From positions 524,377 through 588,376 of the forward strand of contig CAWFJP010000004.1 of assembly GCA_963816145.1 (NCBI GenBank): a stretch of DNA of 64,000 bases. Direction: 5' to 3'. The DNA comes from an uncultured delta proteobacterium (GTDB lineage: Bacteria > Desulfobacterota > Binatia > UBA9968). Under the pieces are notes generated by a model. It made no database searches and was not told where the DNA came from. It worked only from the letters and a program-made list of their open reading frames with translations. The translations under genes were made by a program, and so were the position numbers. Below are positions 30,104 through 40,264 of the stretch, in pieces. The stretch's first letter is position 1; every line of letters starts with the position of its first letter.

Positions 30104-31840
30104 ATGGCCAAGACCGAAACCTACGACGCACCGGCCCTGACGCGATCCTGGCTACCGCCACTGGACGGCGGCACCGCGATTATGGCCGCTTTGATCGGTT
30201 TCATGGGATTTTACGTGCTCTATCCCTTGACGCTGATTGTCATCAACAGCTTCAACACCGCGACTATTGCCGAACCGGAAGTTTACGGCTTGGATGCATG
30301 GCGCAAAGCCTTCGCCGAGCCGGGTATCTGGCGCTCTCTCTTGAACAGCGTCAAGATCGGTATCGTGCTGCAGCTGATCGCCCTGCCGACCGGCATCTTT
30401 ATTTCATGGTTGTTGGCGCGCACCAATATCCTCTGTGCCAATCTGTTTGAGTTTGGTTTCTGGCTGTCGTTCTTTATGCCCGGCCTGGCCTGCACCTTCG
30501 GCTGGATGCTGATGCTCGATCCGAGCACTGGGCTGCTCAATTCCTGGTTGCGTCAGGTGCCGGGGTTGAGCTGGCTCAATTTCGACATCTACTCATTTTG
30601 GGGAATCATTTGGGTCCATGTGGTGAGCCACGGGCTGTCGACCAAAGTCATGCTGCTGACGCCGGCGTTCCGGCGCATGGATGCTTCGATGGAAGAAGCC
30701 AGCCGCATGTCGGGCGCCAGCGCGCTGACCACATTGGTGCGCATCACGGTGCCGGCGATGACGCCGGTAATCATCGTGGTTTTCCTGTTGAGCGTGATTC
30801 GGATTTTCAGCAGCTTGGAAATTGAACTGCTGCTTGGCGTGCCCTGGGGCTTCTACGTCTATTCGACCAAGATCGTCGATCTGGCGCGCCAGGAGCCGCC
30901 GCTGGTAAACCAAGCGGCGGCTTTGGGCAGTGTGATCTTGATCTTTCTCGTCGCCTTCATACCAATTCAGCGCAAACTCATCGCGCGCCGCCAATTCACC
31001 ACGGTTACCGGCCAATTCAAACCGAAAATCATCGAGCTCGGTGCCTGGCGCTATCCGGCGACGGCGTTTGTCGGTTTGGTGCTGTTCGTTCTCGACGTCG
31101 TGCCGCTGCTCAGTGTGGTCGGCGGCAGCTTCATGACCCGCTTCGGGTTTTTCAATTTGCCGAAGACCTGGACCCTGGAGTATTGGCGCATGGCGCTCAC
31201 CGACCCGCGCATTCTCCAGGGGTTGCACAATACTTTAATTGTCGCGGTCAGCGCCGGCCTGGTCGGCGCGTTATTCTTCTCCCTGGTCGGCTATGTCTTG
31301 GTGCGCACCAAGCTGCCGGGCCGGGGCATACTGGATTCGATTTGTTGGCTGCCGTCGGCGATTCCCGGCGTGCTCTCGGGCTTGGGGCTATTGTGGATGT
31401 TTCTCGGCACGCCGGTGTTTCGGCCGTTTTACGGCACCATCGTTCTCTTGGTCGTCGCCCAAGTGCTCGGCGGGATTACCTTGGCAACGCAGATTCTCAA
31501 AGCCAACTTCGTGCAGTTGGGCAAGGAGCTCGAAGAGTCGTCGCGCATGTCGGGGGCGGGTTTCTGGCGCACCTATTTGCGTATCGTCTTTCCGCTGATG
31601 GCGCAGACCATGGTGATGGTGGCGGTTATCAAGTTCATGTTCGCGGCGCAGCATAATGGGGCGATCATTTTATTGGCGACCTCGGAAACCCGCACCTTGT
31701 CGCTCTTGGCGTTGGATCAGGTCGCGGCCGGTTACCGTGAGGTGGCCAGTATCACCATCATCATGATCACTGTGCTCACCTTGGGTGTGGCGATCGTGGC
31801 ACGCTCGTTCGGCCTCAAAGTCGGCATCCGCGCCGATTAA
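30104..31840 (+). CDS. ABC transporter permease, fused double domain (FbpB/AfuB type)
   Basis: Many hydrophobic segments; two EAA loops MEEASRMSGAS and LEESSRMSGAG. Confidence 0.92.
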   Translation: MAKTETYDAPALTRSWLPPLDGGTAIMAALIGFMGFYVLYPLTLIVINSFNTATIAEPEVYGLDAWRKAFAEPGIWRSLLNSVKIGIVLQLIALPTGIFISWLLARTNILCANLFEFGFWLSFFMPGLACTFGWMLMLDPSTGLLNSWLRQVPGLSWLNFDIYSFWGIIWVHVVSHGLSTKVMLLTPAFRRMDASMEEASRMSGASALTTLVRITVPAMTPVIIVVFLLSVIRIFSSLEIELLLGVPWGFYVYSTKIVDLARQEPPLVNQAAALGSVILIFLVAFIPIQRKLIARRQFTTVTGQFKPKIIELGAWRYPATAFVGLVLFVLDVVPLLSVVGGSFMTRFGFFNLPKTWTLEYWRMALTDPRILQGLHNTLIVAVSAGLVGALFFSLVGYVLVRTKLPGRGILDSICWLPSAIPGVLSGLGLLWMFLGTPVFRPFYGTIVLLVVAQVLGGITLATQILKANFVQLGKELEESSRMSGAGFWRTYLRIVFPLMAQTMVMVAVIKFMFAAQHNGAIILLATSETRTLSLLALDQVAAGYREVASITIIMITVLTLGVAIVARSFGLKVGIRAD

Positions 31841-31864
31841 CCATCAGTTCAGAGGATTCCATTG

Positions 31865-32980
31865 GTGAGTTTCTTACGCATTCAAAATCTCTATAAGACT
31901 TTTGGCCAGGTTGCGGCGGTCAATCGCATCAATCTCGACATTGCCGAGGGTGAGTTTTTCACCATGCTCGGCTCCAGCGGTTGCGGCAAGACGACGACAC
32001 TCCGCATGATCGGCGGCTTGGAAAAACCCGACAGCGGCGAGATCCATCTCGGCGAACAGTGTCTGGTGGCGCCGGAAAAAGGGCTGTTCATCAAACCGGA
32101 AAAGCGCAACATGGGCATGGTGTTTCAGTCCTATGCCCTGTGGCCGCATATGACGGTATTCGAAAACGTCGCCTATCCGCTCAAGTTGCGCGGCATCAAA
32201 GGCGCCGAAGCGAGCAAGAAGGTCGAAGACGTGCTCGCCCTCGTGGGCTTGGCCGGCTTGGGCGAGCGGCCGGCGCCGGCGCTCTCCGGCGGCCAGCAAC
32301 AGCGCGTCGCTTTGGCGCGCGCTTTGGTGTTCTCGCCGCGGGTGTTGCTGTTGGATGAGCCCTTGAGCAACCTCGATGCCCAATTGCGTGAGGAGATGCG
32401 CCGGGAGCTGAAGTCGCTGCAGCAGCGCGTGAATATCACCGTGATCTTTGTCACCCATGACCAGATCGAAGCGCTGAGTTTGTCCGATCGCATTGCGATC
32501 ATGAAGTTCGGCGTACTCGAACAGGTCGGCACGCCGGAGGATGTGTATTTTCGCCCGGCGACGCCATTTGTGCGCGACTTCCTCGGCAAGACCTTCCTCT
32601 TGCCCGGCAAGATCTCCGTGTCGACTGAACAAACCATCGGCGTCAGTGTCCAGGGCAGCAGCACAGCGTCGTTGAGTTTGCCGCGCAGTAAACTGATTGG
32701 CGCGGCCAACGGTTTGTTGACGGTTGGCCAGGGCGTTACCGTGGCGATCCGCCCGGAGCAGGTCAATTTGACCGCCGGGCGTCAGGACGGGCGCGCCAAT
32801 ATGGTCGAGGCGACTTTGCAAACGGTGCAGTTTCTCGGCGACCGCTACGAGTACACGGTTACCTTGGGCGGGGAAACCCGAGTGTTGGCTTCGCCGGAGC
32901 CGCAGCATCTCAAGTCGGGGGACCGGGTTTATCTCGAACTCAAGCCCGAAGGCATGACGCTGTGGCCAACTGAAAAATAG
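31865..32980 (+). CDS. ABC transporter ATP-binding protein (FbpC/PotA type)
   Basis: Walker A GSSGCGKTT, LSGGQQQR, LLLDEPLSNLD, VTHDQ; C-terminal TOBE-like region. Confidence 0.93.
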   Translation: MSFLRIQNLYKTFGQVAAVNRINLDIAEGEFFTMLGSSGCGKTTTLRMIGGLEKPDSGEIHLGEQCLVAPEKGLFIKPEKRNMGMVFQSYALWPHMTVFENVAYPLKLRGIKGAEASKKVEDVLALVGLAGLGERPAPALSGGQQQRVALARALVFSPRVLLLDEPLSNLDAQLREEMRRELKSLQQRVNITVIFVTHDQIEALSLSDRIAIMKFGVLEQVGTPEDVYFRPATPFVRDFLGKTFLLPGKISVSTEQTIGVSVQGSSTASLSLPRSKLIGAANGLLTVGQGVTVAIRPEQVNLTAGRQDGRANMVEATLQTVQFLGDRYEYTVTLGGETRVLASPEPQHLKSGDRVYLELKPEGMTLWPTEK

Positions 32981-33091
32981 TTCAAGCCGTTCAAATCGTT
33001 TAAAAGGTTCAAGCCGTCGGAATGCGCCGGCATGCCGCCCTGACAATTGAAATTCGGTATTCAAGAAGCCTGGACGGCAGGTCACTCGTAT

Positions 33092-33259
33092 ATGAAATCG
33101 CTGCTCGGATCTGTTGCTGCCGGATTGATTATCGCGACGGGATCGATGGTCGGCGATTACCAAACGGCTGCCACCGCTGCGGTTGATACGGAGTGGGCTC
33201 GCACCGTCGAGGCGGCGACAAAAGAAGGCAAGGTCAGCGTCTTTCTCGACCAGCGCTAA
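33092..33259 (+). pseudogene. Truncated solute-binding protein (signal peptide plus first ~25 mature residues)
   Basis: EWARTVEAATKEGKVSVFL then stop; no continuation before the convergent MFS gene. Confidence 0.75.
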
Positions 33260-33332
33260 CACATCGAAGCGGTTCGAGCCTCCGAGTGGAACTGCTGGAA
33301 CCCTTGGAACGCTTGGAACCCAAGATTGCTTT

Positions 33333-34601
33333 TCACTTCTCAGCGGTTCTGTATCTCTCATCATCCCATCGAAACTTTGGGATTGCCGGGATTTGCCACG
33401 CGGTCAAGATCGTCACCAGCGTGACGAATAGGCCGCCGAAAAGGGTGGTTTCGCGCACACCGATGAGCGGGATCATTAGGCCCGACTCGACCTGGCCGAG
33501 CGGGTGCAGGCCGCGGTTGCTCAGTTGAAACACGCCCATCACGCGGCCGCGAAATTTGTCCGGAGTGATCATCTGCATGATCGTGCCGCGCGCCGCGCCC
33601 CAGACGGTGTCGGTCAAGCCGACCAGGGTCATCAAGCTCAATGCCAGCGCGAAGTTGGGCGCGAGCCCGAAGAGCGCAAAGAATAACCCATAGAAAATCG
33701 CCGTGACGATGAGAATCTTGCCTTGATAGGGTTTTTGTCCGATGGCGAGAAACAGCCCCGAACCGACGACTGCGCCGAGGCCGCGCGCCGATTGCAACAG
33801 ACCGAAACCTTGCGCGCCGACGCGGAGCACATCGCTGGCGAAGATCGTCAGCATCGTATGGTCCAAGCCGAACACCGATGACACCGCTTCCATGACGGTG
33901 AGGCCGAGGATGATTGGCCGGGCGACGATGTATTTAAAACCCTCCTGGGTCTCGGCCATGAATTGGCGCTGCCGTTTGGGTTCGGCCTTGGCCGTGATTC
34001 GCAGCATCGTCAACGTGACGACGACGACCAGAAAGCTCATCGCATTGGCATAAAACGCACCGGCGGTGCCCATCAGACTGATAGCGATGCCGCCGAGCGA
34101 CGGGCCGATAAGGGCGGAGCCTTTCCAGAGTAGCGAATTGAGCGCGACGGCATTGGGCAGCGCCGAGCGCGGCACCAGCGCGGGAAACATCGCTTGTCGC
34201 GTCGGTCCGTCGAAGGCGCCCACCGCCGAGCTCAAGAACGTGAACATGTAGATATGCCAAGGCTGGATGTGGCCGAAATCATCCAAGAGGCCGACGGCGA
34301 GGGACAGCGAGCCCAAAATCACCTGAGTCCATAACAGCATCCTTCGCCGATCGTAGCGATCGGCGAAGGTGCCGCTGATAACACCGAGACTGAGTGCGGG
34401 GATGGCGCGAAAGATGCCGTTGAGACCGAGCAGCACCGCCGAGCCGGTGAGTTGGTAGAGTAGCCAACTGGTTGCGGTCATTTGCATCCAGGTGCCGATG
34501 TTGGAAATCAATTGTCCGGACCAGAATAGGCGAAAGTCGCGATAGCCTAGTGCGGCGAGGCGGCCGTGGACTGGAATGGTTTGCTCGGTGGCGTCGTTCA
34601 T
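33333..34601 (-). CDS. MFS transporter (MFS_3/EntS-like)
   Basis: RDFRLFWSGQLISNIGTWMQ, GTFADRYDRRR, LPNAVALN, RGRVMG. Confidence 0.9.
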   Translation of the reverse strand: MNDATEQTIPVHGRLAALGYRDFRLFWSGQLISNIGTWMQMTATSWLLYQLTGSAVLLGLNGIFRAIPALSLGVISGTFADRYDRRRMLLWTQVILGSLSLAVGLLDDFGHIQPWHIYMFTFLSSAVGAFDGPTRQAMFPALVPRSALPNAVALNSLLWKGSALIGPSLGGIAISLMGTAGAFYANAMSFLVVVVTLTMLRITAKAEPKRQRQFMAETQEGFKYIVARPIILGLTVMEAVSSVFGLDHTMLTIFASDVLRVGAQGFGLLQSARGLGAVVGSGLFLAIGQKPYQGKILIVTAIFYGLFFALFGLAPNFALALSLMTLVGLTDTVWGAARGTIMQMITPDKFRGRVMGVFQLSNRGLHPLGQVESGLMIPLIGVRETTLFGGLFVTLVTILTAWQIPAIPKFRWDDERYRTAEK

Positions 34602-34780
34602 GAGTTTTCTTGTCGCATAAATTATTGCCGGAGTGGGTGCATTACGTTTATTGTCATGTTTGCAGGTGAATTCGCCGCGCTAATTTACAATTCCATCAAA
34701 CTACCATGGCATTGCGAATTTAAAACGTCTGTTCGGCGGTGCGTGCGAATAATTTGCCGTCGTGCCACGAAATTAAAGAT

Positions 34781-36052
34781 CTATTCTTTGGTGGGCCGAT
34801 TCGTGGGCTGTCGATCCAGACGAAAGCGCGGAATTTCGCTGAGTCGCCAGGCGGTGAGAAGTGTGACGGAAGCGACGACGATGCCGCCGAGGGCAGTTGC
34901 CAATCTGGCGCCGACGACCGGAACCAGCAGACCGGTTTCCACTTGGCCAAGCGGATTGAGACCTTGGTTGCTCAGCTGAAAAATGCCCATGATCCGGCCG
35001 CGCAATCGTTCGGGAGCCAACCATTGAAGTATCGTACTACGGGCAGCGGCCCAGATCGTATCCATGGCGCCGACAAAAGTGAGCAACAAGAGCGATAGGA
35101 TGAACGAGGGTGAATAGCCGAAGAGCACGAAACCGATACCGTAGAGAAGCGCCGACGTTAGAAGTATTTTGCCCTGAGCGGGCGCTTGTCCAAAGGCGAT
35201 GTAAATGCTCGAGCCGATCACCGCGCCGAGGCCGCGCGCCGATTGCAATAGACCGAAGCCATGGGCGCCGACGCGCAAAATGTCGCTAGCGAAGATCGTC
35301 AGGAGGGCGTTGTCGAGGCCAAAAATTGACGTGGTCGCTTCCATGACGATCACACCGAGAATGACGTTTTGCGAATAGACATAAGACAATCCGGCCTTCA
35401 CTTCGCTGGCGAAATGGCGTCCGGTCTCAGCGCCGGGGGATGATGTTTTCATCATCATCAGCGCGCTGACGACGACAAGAAAGCTCGCGGCGTTGGCGTA
35501 AAATGCGCCGCTGGTGCCCATCAAGCTAATCGCGACGCCGCCGAGCATCGGTCCAAGCAGCGCAGCGCCTTTCCAAAGAATTGCATTGAGCGCCACGGCG
35601 TTCGGCAGTACCTCCTTGGGAATGAGCAGTGGGAAAAGTGCCTGGCGCGCCGGGCCGTCGCATGAACCCACCGCGGCGCTGAGAAAGGTCATCGTGTAAA
35701 TGTGCCAGGGGCGGATATTTTCAGAGTGATCGAGGATGCCCAGGATGAGCGCGAGAGTGCCGAGCAGGCATTGCGTTGTCAGCAGCAGTTTCTTGCGATC
35801 ATATCGGTCGGCGAGGGTGCCGCTGAAAATTCCCAGAACTAGAGCCGGTCCGGCGCGAAACAGACCATTCAGCCCTAACTGGAGCGGCGATTTGGTCAGC
35901 TTGTAGAGCAGCCAATTGATCGCCGTCATCTGCATCCAGGTGCCGATGTTGGAGATAAAAATACTGGTCCAGAACAGGCGAAAGTCGCGGTAACGAAACG
36001 ACGCGAACCTTCCGACCGTTGGCGGGTTCACTTCGTCGAATGGGTCTGGCAT
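34781..36052 (-). CDS. MFS transporter, tandem paralog
   Basis: Same motifs as 33333-34601. Confidence 0.9.
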   Translation of the reverse strand: MPDPFDEVNPPTVGRFASFRYRDFRLFWTSIFISNIGTWMQMTAINWLLYKLTKSPLQLGLNGLFRAGPALVLGIFSGTLADRYDRKKLLLTTQCLLGTLALILGILDHSENIRPWHIYTMTFLSAAVGSCDGPARQALFPLLIPKEVLPNAVALNAILWKGAALLGPMLGGVAISLMGTSGAFYANAASFLVVVSALMMMKTSSPGAETGRHFASEVKAGLSYVYSQNVILGVIVMEATTSIFGLDNALLTIFASDILRVGAHGFGLLQSARGLGAVIGSSIYIAFGQAPAQGKILLTSALLYGIGFVLFGYSPSFILSLLLLTFVGAMDTIWAAARSTILQWLAPERLRGRIMGIFQLSNQGLNPLGQVETGLLVPVVGARLATALGGIVVASVTLLTAWRLSEIPRFRLDRQPTNRPTKE

Positions 36053-36098
36053 TCGTGCTATCTGGGACTTGTGCGCAGGTCAGTGAGCGCAGTCGCGG

Positions 36099-37001
36099 CT
36101 AGTTAAAATCCCAGTGCGCGAAACCCATGGCGCAGCCGACGCCGGTTTGGGTGCGGTAAAGGGGCGAATACTCGATGACTTTACCGGGTCGGTTGGCCGC
36201 GCCGGCGATGACGATCCAATTCAGTATCTCCGACGTGCCTTCGCGGAAAATCGCTGAGGGCATTGCCGCCATGTAGGCCGTGTCGTTGGTTTGCAGCGCT
36301 TCGAGAAACTCATGATCGAGAGCTTCATCGATCTTGGTGTGGCTGAGACCGCCGGAAGCGGCGATGACGACACGAGCTTCACTGGGAAATTCGCGAATCA
36401 GCGCGGCCAGGGACTGGCCGAAATGGAGACAGCGCTGGGCCGAGGGTGCCGGCGGATAGTAGGTGTTGACCATCACCGGGATTAGCCGGCAGTTATTTTC
36501 GGGAACGAGAAACTTGAGCACCCGGGCGAAGGCGTGGCCGAGGCCGCCGTCGTAGCGGGTCTTTTTCGAATACGATGGGTCGAAACCCTGGTCCATGAGA
36601 CCGGTGATTAAAGCTTCAGCCATCTTGGCGTCGATGTTGTACTTGGTTCGATTCTCCGATTTCGCCTGGTTCAAATAGCGCAGGCTGACGCTCGCTTCGG
36701 CGTCGGCGCCCATGAAGATCGTGAATGGCGGCATGTTGTCGTCGACCAAATTCTCGTGCTGGTCGTCGCCGACGATGATCAAAACATCGGGCTTAAGCGC
36801 CGCGACTTTTTGCCGCAGCTGATCGATAGCGTTTATGCAGCCTTTCCACTTGGTCCATTTGACTTCATCGGTCTCAGCGGCGAGCTCCGGTTTGTCGGGC
36901 AGACTCTCGCCCTTGCGGGTATTCAGAAGGTGCCAGTTACTCGGGTCGAGCATCAATTGTGGGGCGTGGGACATGGCCACGCAGCCGACTAGGTTTGCCA
37001 T
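36099..37001 (-). CDS. Extradiol ring-cleavage dioxygenase, class III subunit B (LigB-like)
   Basis: AMSHAP, PDVLIIVGDDQHE, GLGHAF, IAASGGLSH, GTSEILNW. Confidence 0.85.
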   Translation of the reverse strand: MANLVGCVAMSHAPQLMLDPSNWHLLNTRKGESLPDKPELAAETDEVKWTKWKGCINAIDQLRQKVAALKPDVLIIVGDDQHENLVDDNMPPFTIFMGADAEASVSLRYLNQAKSENRTKYNIDAKMAEALITGLMDQGFDPSYSKKTRYDGGLGHAFARVLKFLVPENNCRLIPVMVNTYYPPAPSAQRCLHFGQSLAALIREFPSEARVVIAASGGLSHTKIDEALDHEFLEALQTNDTAYMAAMPSAIFREGTSEILNWIVIAGAANRPGKVIEYSPLYRTQTGVGCAMGFAHWDFN

Positions 37002-37051
37002 AGGATTATTCGTTCAAGGTTCAAGGGTCAAAGTTCAAAATTCAGAAAGAT

Positions 37052-38095
37052 TTATGCGACGGCCGCTTTCATATCGGACAGCTCCGGCACGTTGACGTTT
37101 AATTTAAACCAGCTGGCGCCGCTGTCGTCGCTGCCGAACAGGTCGCCGTTCTGTTGCGCCGCATACATGTTGTTGGAGTTGGTCGGATCGAAGGCGAAGC
37201 TTTCGACGAAGCTGTGATTGGCCTGGGAAACGGCGCCCTCCAATTTTTTCCAGCTTTTGCCGGCGTCGGTGGATTGGATCAAAAACGCTTGGGCATCGCC
37301 GCCGCGCTTGCGCCATTGCCCAGGCTGGCCATTGGCCACTGCCGAATAAAGCACATTATGCTTGGTCGGATGAACCGCCAGCGGCACGGAGTATTCTTCT
37401 TTGAATTCCATCGCCATCGGCGCCCAGTTCTTGCCGCCGTCGACGCTCGAGTAAAGCGCGCGGCCCGGCGCTTTGCCGGCGCGGCAATCATGGCCGCCGG
37501 TGGCGATGAATATTTTATTGCCGTCGTCGGGATGGAGCACGATGGTGTGCACATCGCAGTCGAGATTTTTATTCAACAGCTCCCAGTTCCTGCCGCCGTC
37601 GGTGGTCTTGAGCATGTAGCCGACTTGCAAGGCGACGTACATCGTCTTTGGGTCCTTCGGGTCGATGGTGATGTCGCGCACGTGAGGCTCCACGGTCGCC
37701 ACCGGATAGGTGATCGTCGAAACCCAGGGAATATTCCACACGGTGTCGAGCCGCTCCCAGCTTTTGGCTTCGTCGTGGGTGACGAATACATCGATCGGTT
37801 CGGTGCCGGCATAGAGAGTTTTGCTATCATGAGGATCGAAGGTGAGGCAGCGGACTTTGCCGGGCCCGCGCTTGCCGTAGCAGGGCTTTTTCCAAGTGGC
37901 GCCGAAATCCTCGCTGACCCAAACGCCGTCGCCGCGGGTGCCGGCGAAAACCCGATTGGGCGTCTCAGGCGAAACCGCCACTTCGGGAATCTGCCAATCT
38001 TTGAGGCCGTGATGTTGTTGTTTCCAGCTTCGGCCATCTTCGCTTTTAAGCGTAACTACGCCTTCATCGGTTGCGACGTAAAGGATCGATGCCAT
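37052..38095 (-). CDS. BNR/Asp-box beta-propeller protein, no signal peptide
   Basis: Repeated S/T-x-D-x-G-x-x-W motifs. Confidence 0.8.
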   Translation of the reverse strand: MASILYVATDEGVVTLKSEDGRSWKQQHHGLKDWQIPEVAVSPETPNRVFAGTRGDGVWVSEDFGATWKKPCYGKRGPGKVRCLTFDPHDSKTLYAGTEPIDVFVTHDEAKSWERLDTVWNIPWVSTITYPVATVEPHVRDITIDPKDPKTMYVALQVGYMLKTTDGGRNWELLNKNLDCDVHTIVLHPDDGNKIFIATGGHDCRAGKAPGRALYSSVDGGKNWAPMAMEFKEEYSVPLAVHPTKHNVLYSAVANGQPGQWRKRGGDAQAFLIQSTDAGKSWKKLEGAVSQANHSFVESFAFDPTNSNNMYAAQQNGDLFGSDDSGASWFKLNVNVPELSDMKAAVA

Positions 38096-38305
38096 AAATT
38101 ATCCTCCTGATTTTTCTGAGATCATATCTACTACAGGCGGCATAAACGGACAACAGCCGTTCCGGTCAAGAATGGTTCAAGGTTCAAAAGTTCAAGGTTC
38201 AAGGTCGGATTTTGGATTCAGCGATGAATTGACTGATGCGCCGGATATCGACGATCCGAGCTCCGATTGAACCTGGAACTTTTGAACCTTGAACGGATTG
38301 AGGTT

Positions 38306-39257
38306 CTAGTACCCCAGTTCTTTGTTGACCAGATTATTCAGCGGCTCGCCGGCGATGAAGCGGCGCAGGTTTTCCTTGAACACCGGCAGCACCGCGGGCC
38401 ATTTCTCGCTGGTGATGCCGGCGATGCGCGGCGTGATGATGACGTTGGGCAGCTGCCAAAGCTCGGAATCTTCCGGCAGCGGTTGCCTGGCGAAGGCGTC
38501 GAGGACGGCGCCGGCAAACCATTTTTCTTTGAGCGCGCGGACGAGTAACCGTTCTTCGACGGCGCGGCCGCCGGTGAGATTAATAAAGTAGGCGCTCGGT
38601 TTCATCGCCCGCAGCTCTGGTTCGCCGATGATGTTGAACGTCGACGGCACCGAGGCGAGCAGCAGGACGACGAAGTCGGACTGCGCCATCAAGGCGGGCA
38701 AGAAATCGGGGTCGCCCAGTGCGTCGACGAAGTCCGGTTTGGCGCCGGGATTTCGTTTGGTCGCGAGCACGCGCATGCCGAGCGCTTTGGCTTTGCGCGC
38801 CAGCTCCATGCCGACGGTGCCGAGACCGACGATGCCGAGGGTCTGGCCTGCGACTTCGACCGGTTGAAGCTTCTGCCATTTCTTCTGCGCTTGCGCGGCG
38901 ATCGCATCCGGGAGTTTTTTTGCCAGGGCGAAGATGCAGGCTAACGCGAATTCGGAAAATACCGTGCCGTGGATACCCTTGGAGCCGGTCACTTGAATCG
39001 GTCTCGACTTTACCGACGGTGTGAGATAGGCATTCACCCCGCCGCGGGTGACGTGGAGCCAGCGAAGTCGCGTCATTCGCTGGATGATCTCATCCGGCAC
39101 TGTCTCTTCGGTGAAGACGCCGTCGATCTTGGCCCAGCCATTGCGGATCGACGCCGCTGTCGTCGCTTTGACGGAGCTCACAGTTGGGAAATTCTTGTTT
39201 GAGGGACGCCAGTTCTTTGTCGGGAAGTTTGAGTCTCAGCCAGATGTTTTGCGGCAT
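38306..39257 (-). CDS. D-2-hydroxyacid dehydrogenase family protein, frameshift near 39133
   Basis: GIVGLGTVG, GAVLDAFARQPLP, NVIITPRIAG; N-terminus MPQNIWLRL in the adjacent frame. Confidence 0.82.
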
Positions 39258-39342
39258 GGCGATTTCCGTATAGGAACCGGTCCGGTCTGTCAATCAATCG
39301 GTTGGTTCGTTGAATGTCTATTGCCCGCGTGCTACTTAGCCG

Positions 39343-40120
39343 ATGAGTCTGGTGAGGGGGAACGGCAATCCAAAATCGAAAATCGAAAATCCAAAATGGT
39401 CGAGGCGATGCCATATTGGTGAAAAATGTTGCCTTGTCCTGCCGCATCCTCGCCAAGCTCGGCCAATTCAAAGAGACCACCGGCCATGTCAGCGCGCGCA
39501 GCGCGAGCGGCGCGAGCATGCTGATCCGCGGCCGCGGCAAGGAAGAGTCGGGACTGCTGTTCACCAAACCGAGCGATGTTGTCGCAGCTGACTTTGACGG
39601 CCGGATGCTGCGCGACAAAGCCGGCCTCAAGACGCCCAACGAGTCGTGCATTCACGGCGAGCTCTACCGGGCTCGGCCCGATGTAGGTGCCATTGTGCAC
39701 GCCCATCCGCCGTCGCTGGTGTTGACGAGCATGGCCGGCATCGAGCTCAAGCCGGCGTTCGGCGGCTTCGACCCGCGCGCCATGCGCTTGGCGTTGCGGC
39801 CGATTCCCGTCTTCGAGAGCAGCTTGACGCTGCACACCAAGGAACAAGTTCACGCCATGATGGATGTCATGGGCGACAACGATATTTGCATCATGCGCGG
39901 CCACGGTGTGGTGGTGTGCGGCAAGTCCGTGGAGGACGCGACCATCAAGGCGATCAAGCTCGATGCGCTGGCCGAGATGAATTTAGAGCTGGCGCGACTG
40001 GGCAAGAGCGCGACGATATCCGAAGCCGACATCGCGGCGTTTCAAAATCGCACGGGTAAAGGTGACGGATCGGTGCAGCCGGTGTGGCGGTATTACGTCG
40101 AGTGGTTGAAAAGCAGTTAA
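39343..40120 (+). CDS. Class II aldolase/adducin family protein (start uncertain, 39343 via frameshift or 39416)
   Basis: TGHVSAR, ESCIHGELYRARPDVGAIVHAHP, MRGHG. Confidence 0.87.
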
Positions 40121-40185
40121 GGTTCCAAAGGTTCCAGTCGTTCCAGAAGTTCCAGTGGTTTTGACCTTGGTTCAAGATTTATTTT

Positions 40186-40209
40186 GTAGGGGCGACCGGC
40201 GGTCGCCCT
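40186..40209. repeat. GTAG-family REP palindrome
   Basis: GTAG followed by the GGGCGACC-GGC-GGTCGCCC hairpin. Confidence 0.7.
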
Positions 40210-40264
40210 CCGGAGGCCGACAATCGAAAATCCAAAAGCAGCCCCGCAGACCAAAATCCAAAAT

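Noticed and set aside
30104-32980. Calling the ABC system an iron(III) transporter (fbpBC)
   Set aside because: Family resemblance only; the context of many divergent SBPs and aromatic enzymes does not support a specific substrate.
31874-33364. 496-aa minus-strand ORF
   Set aside because: Antisense shadow of the ABC ATPase; no recognisable motifs.
37154-38110. 318-aa plus-strand ORF
   Set aside because: Antisense to the BNR-repeat protein.
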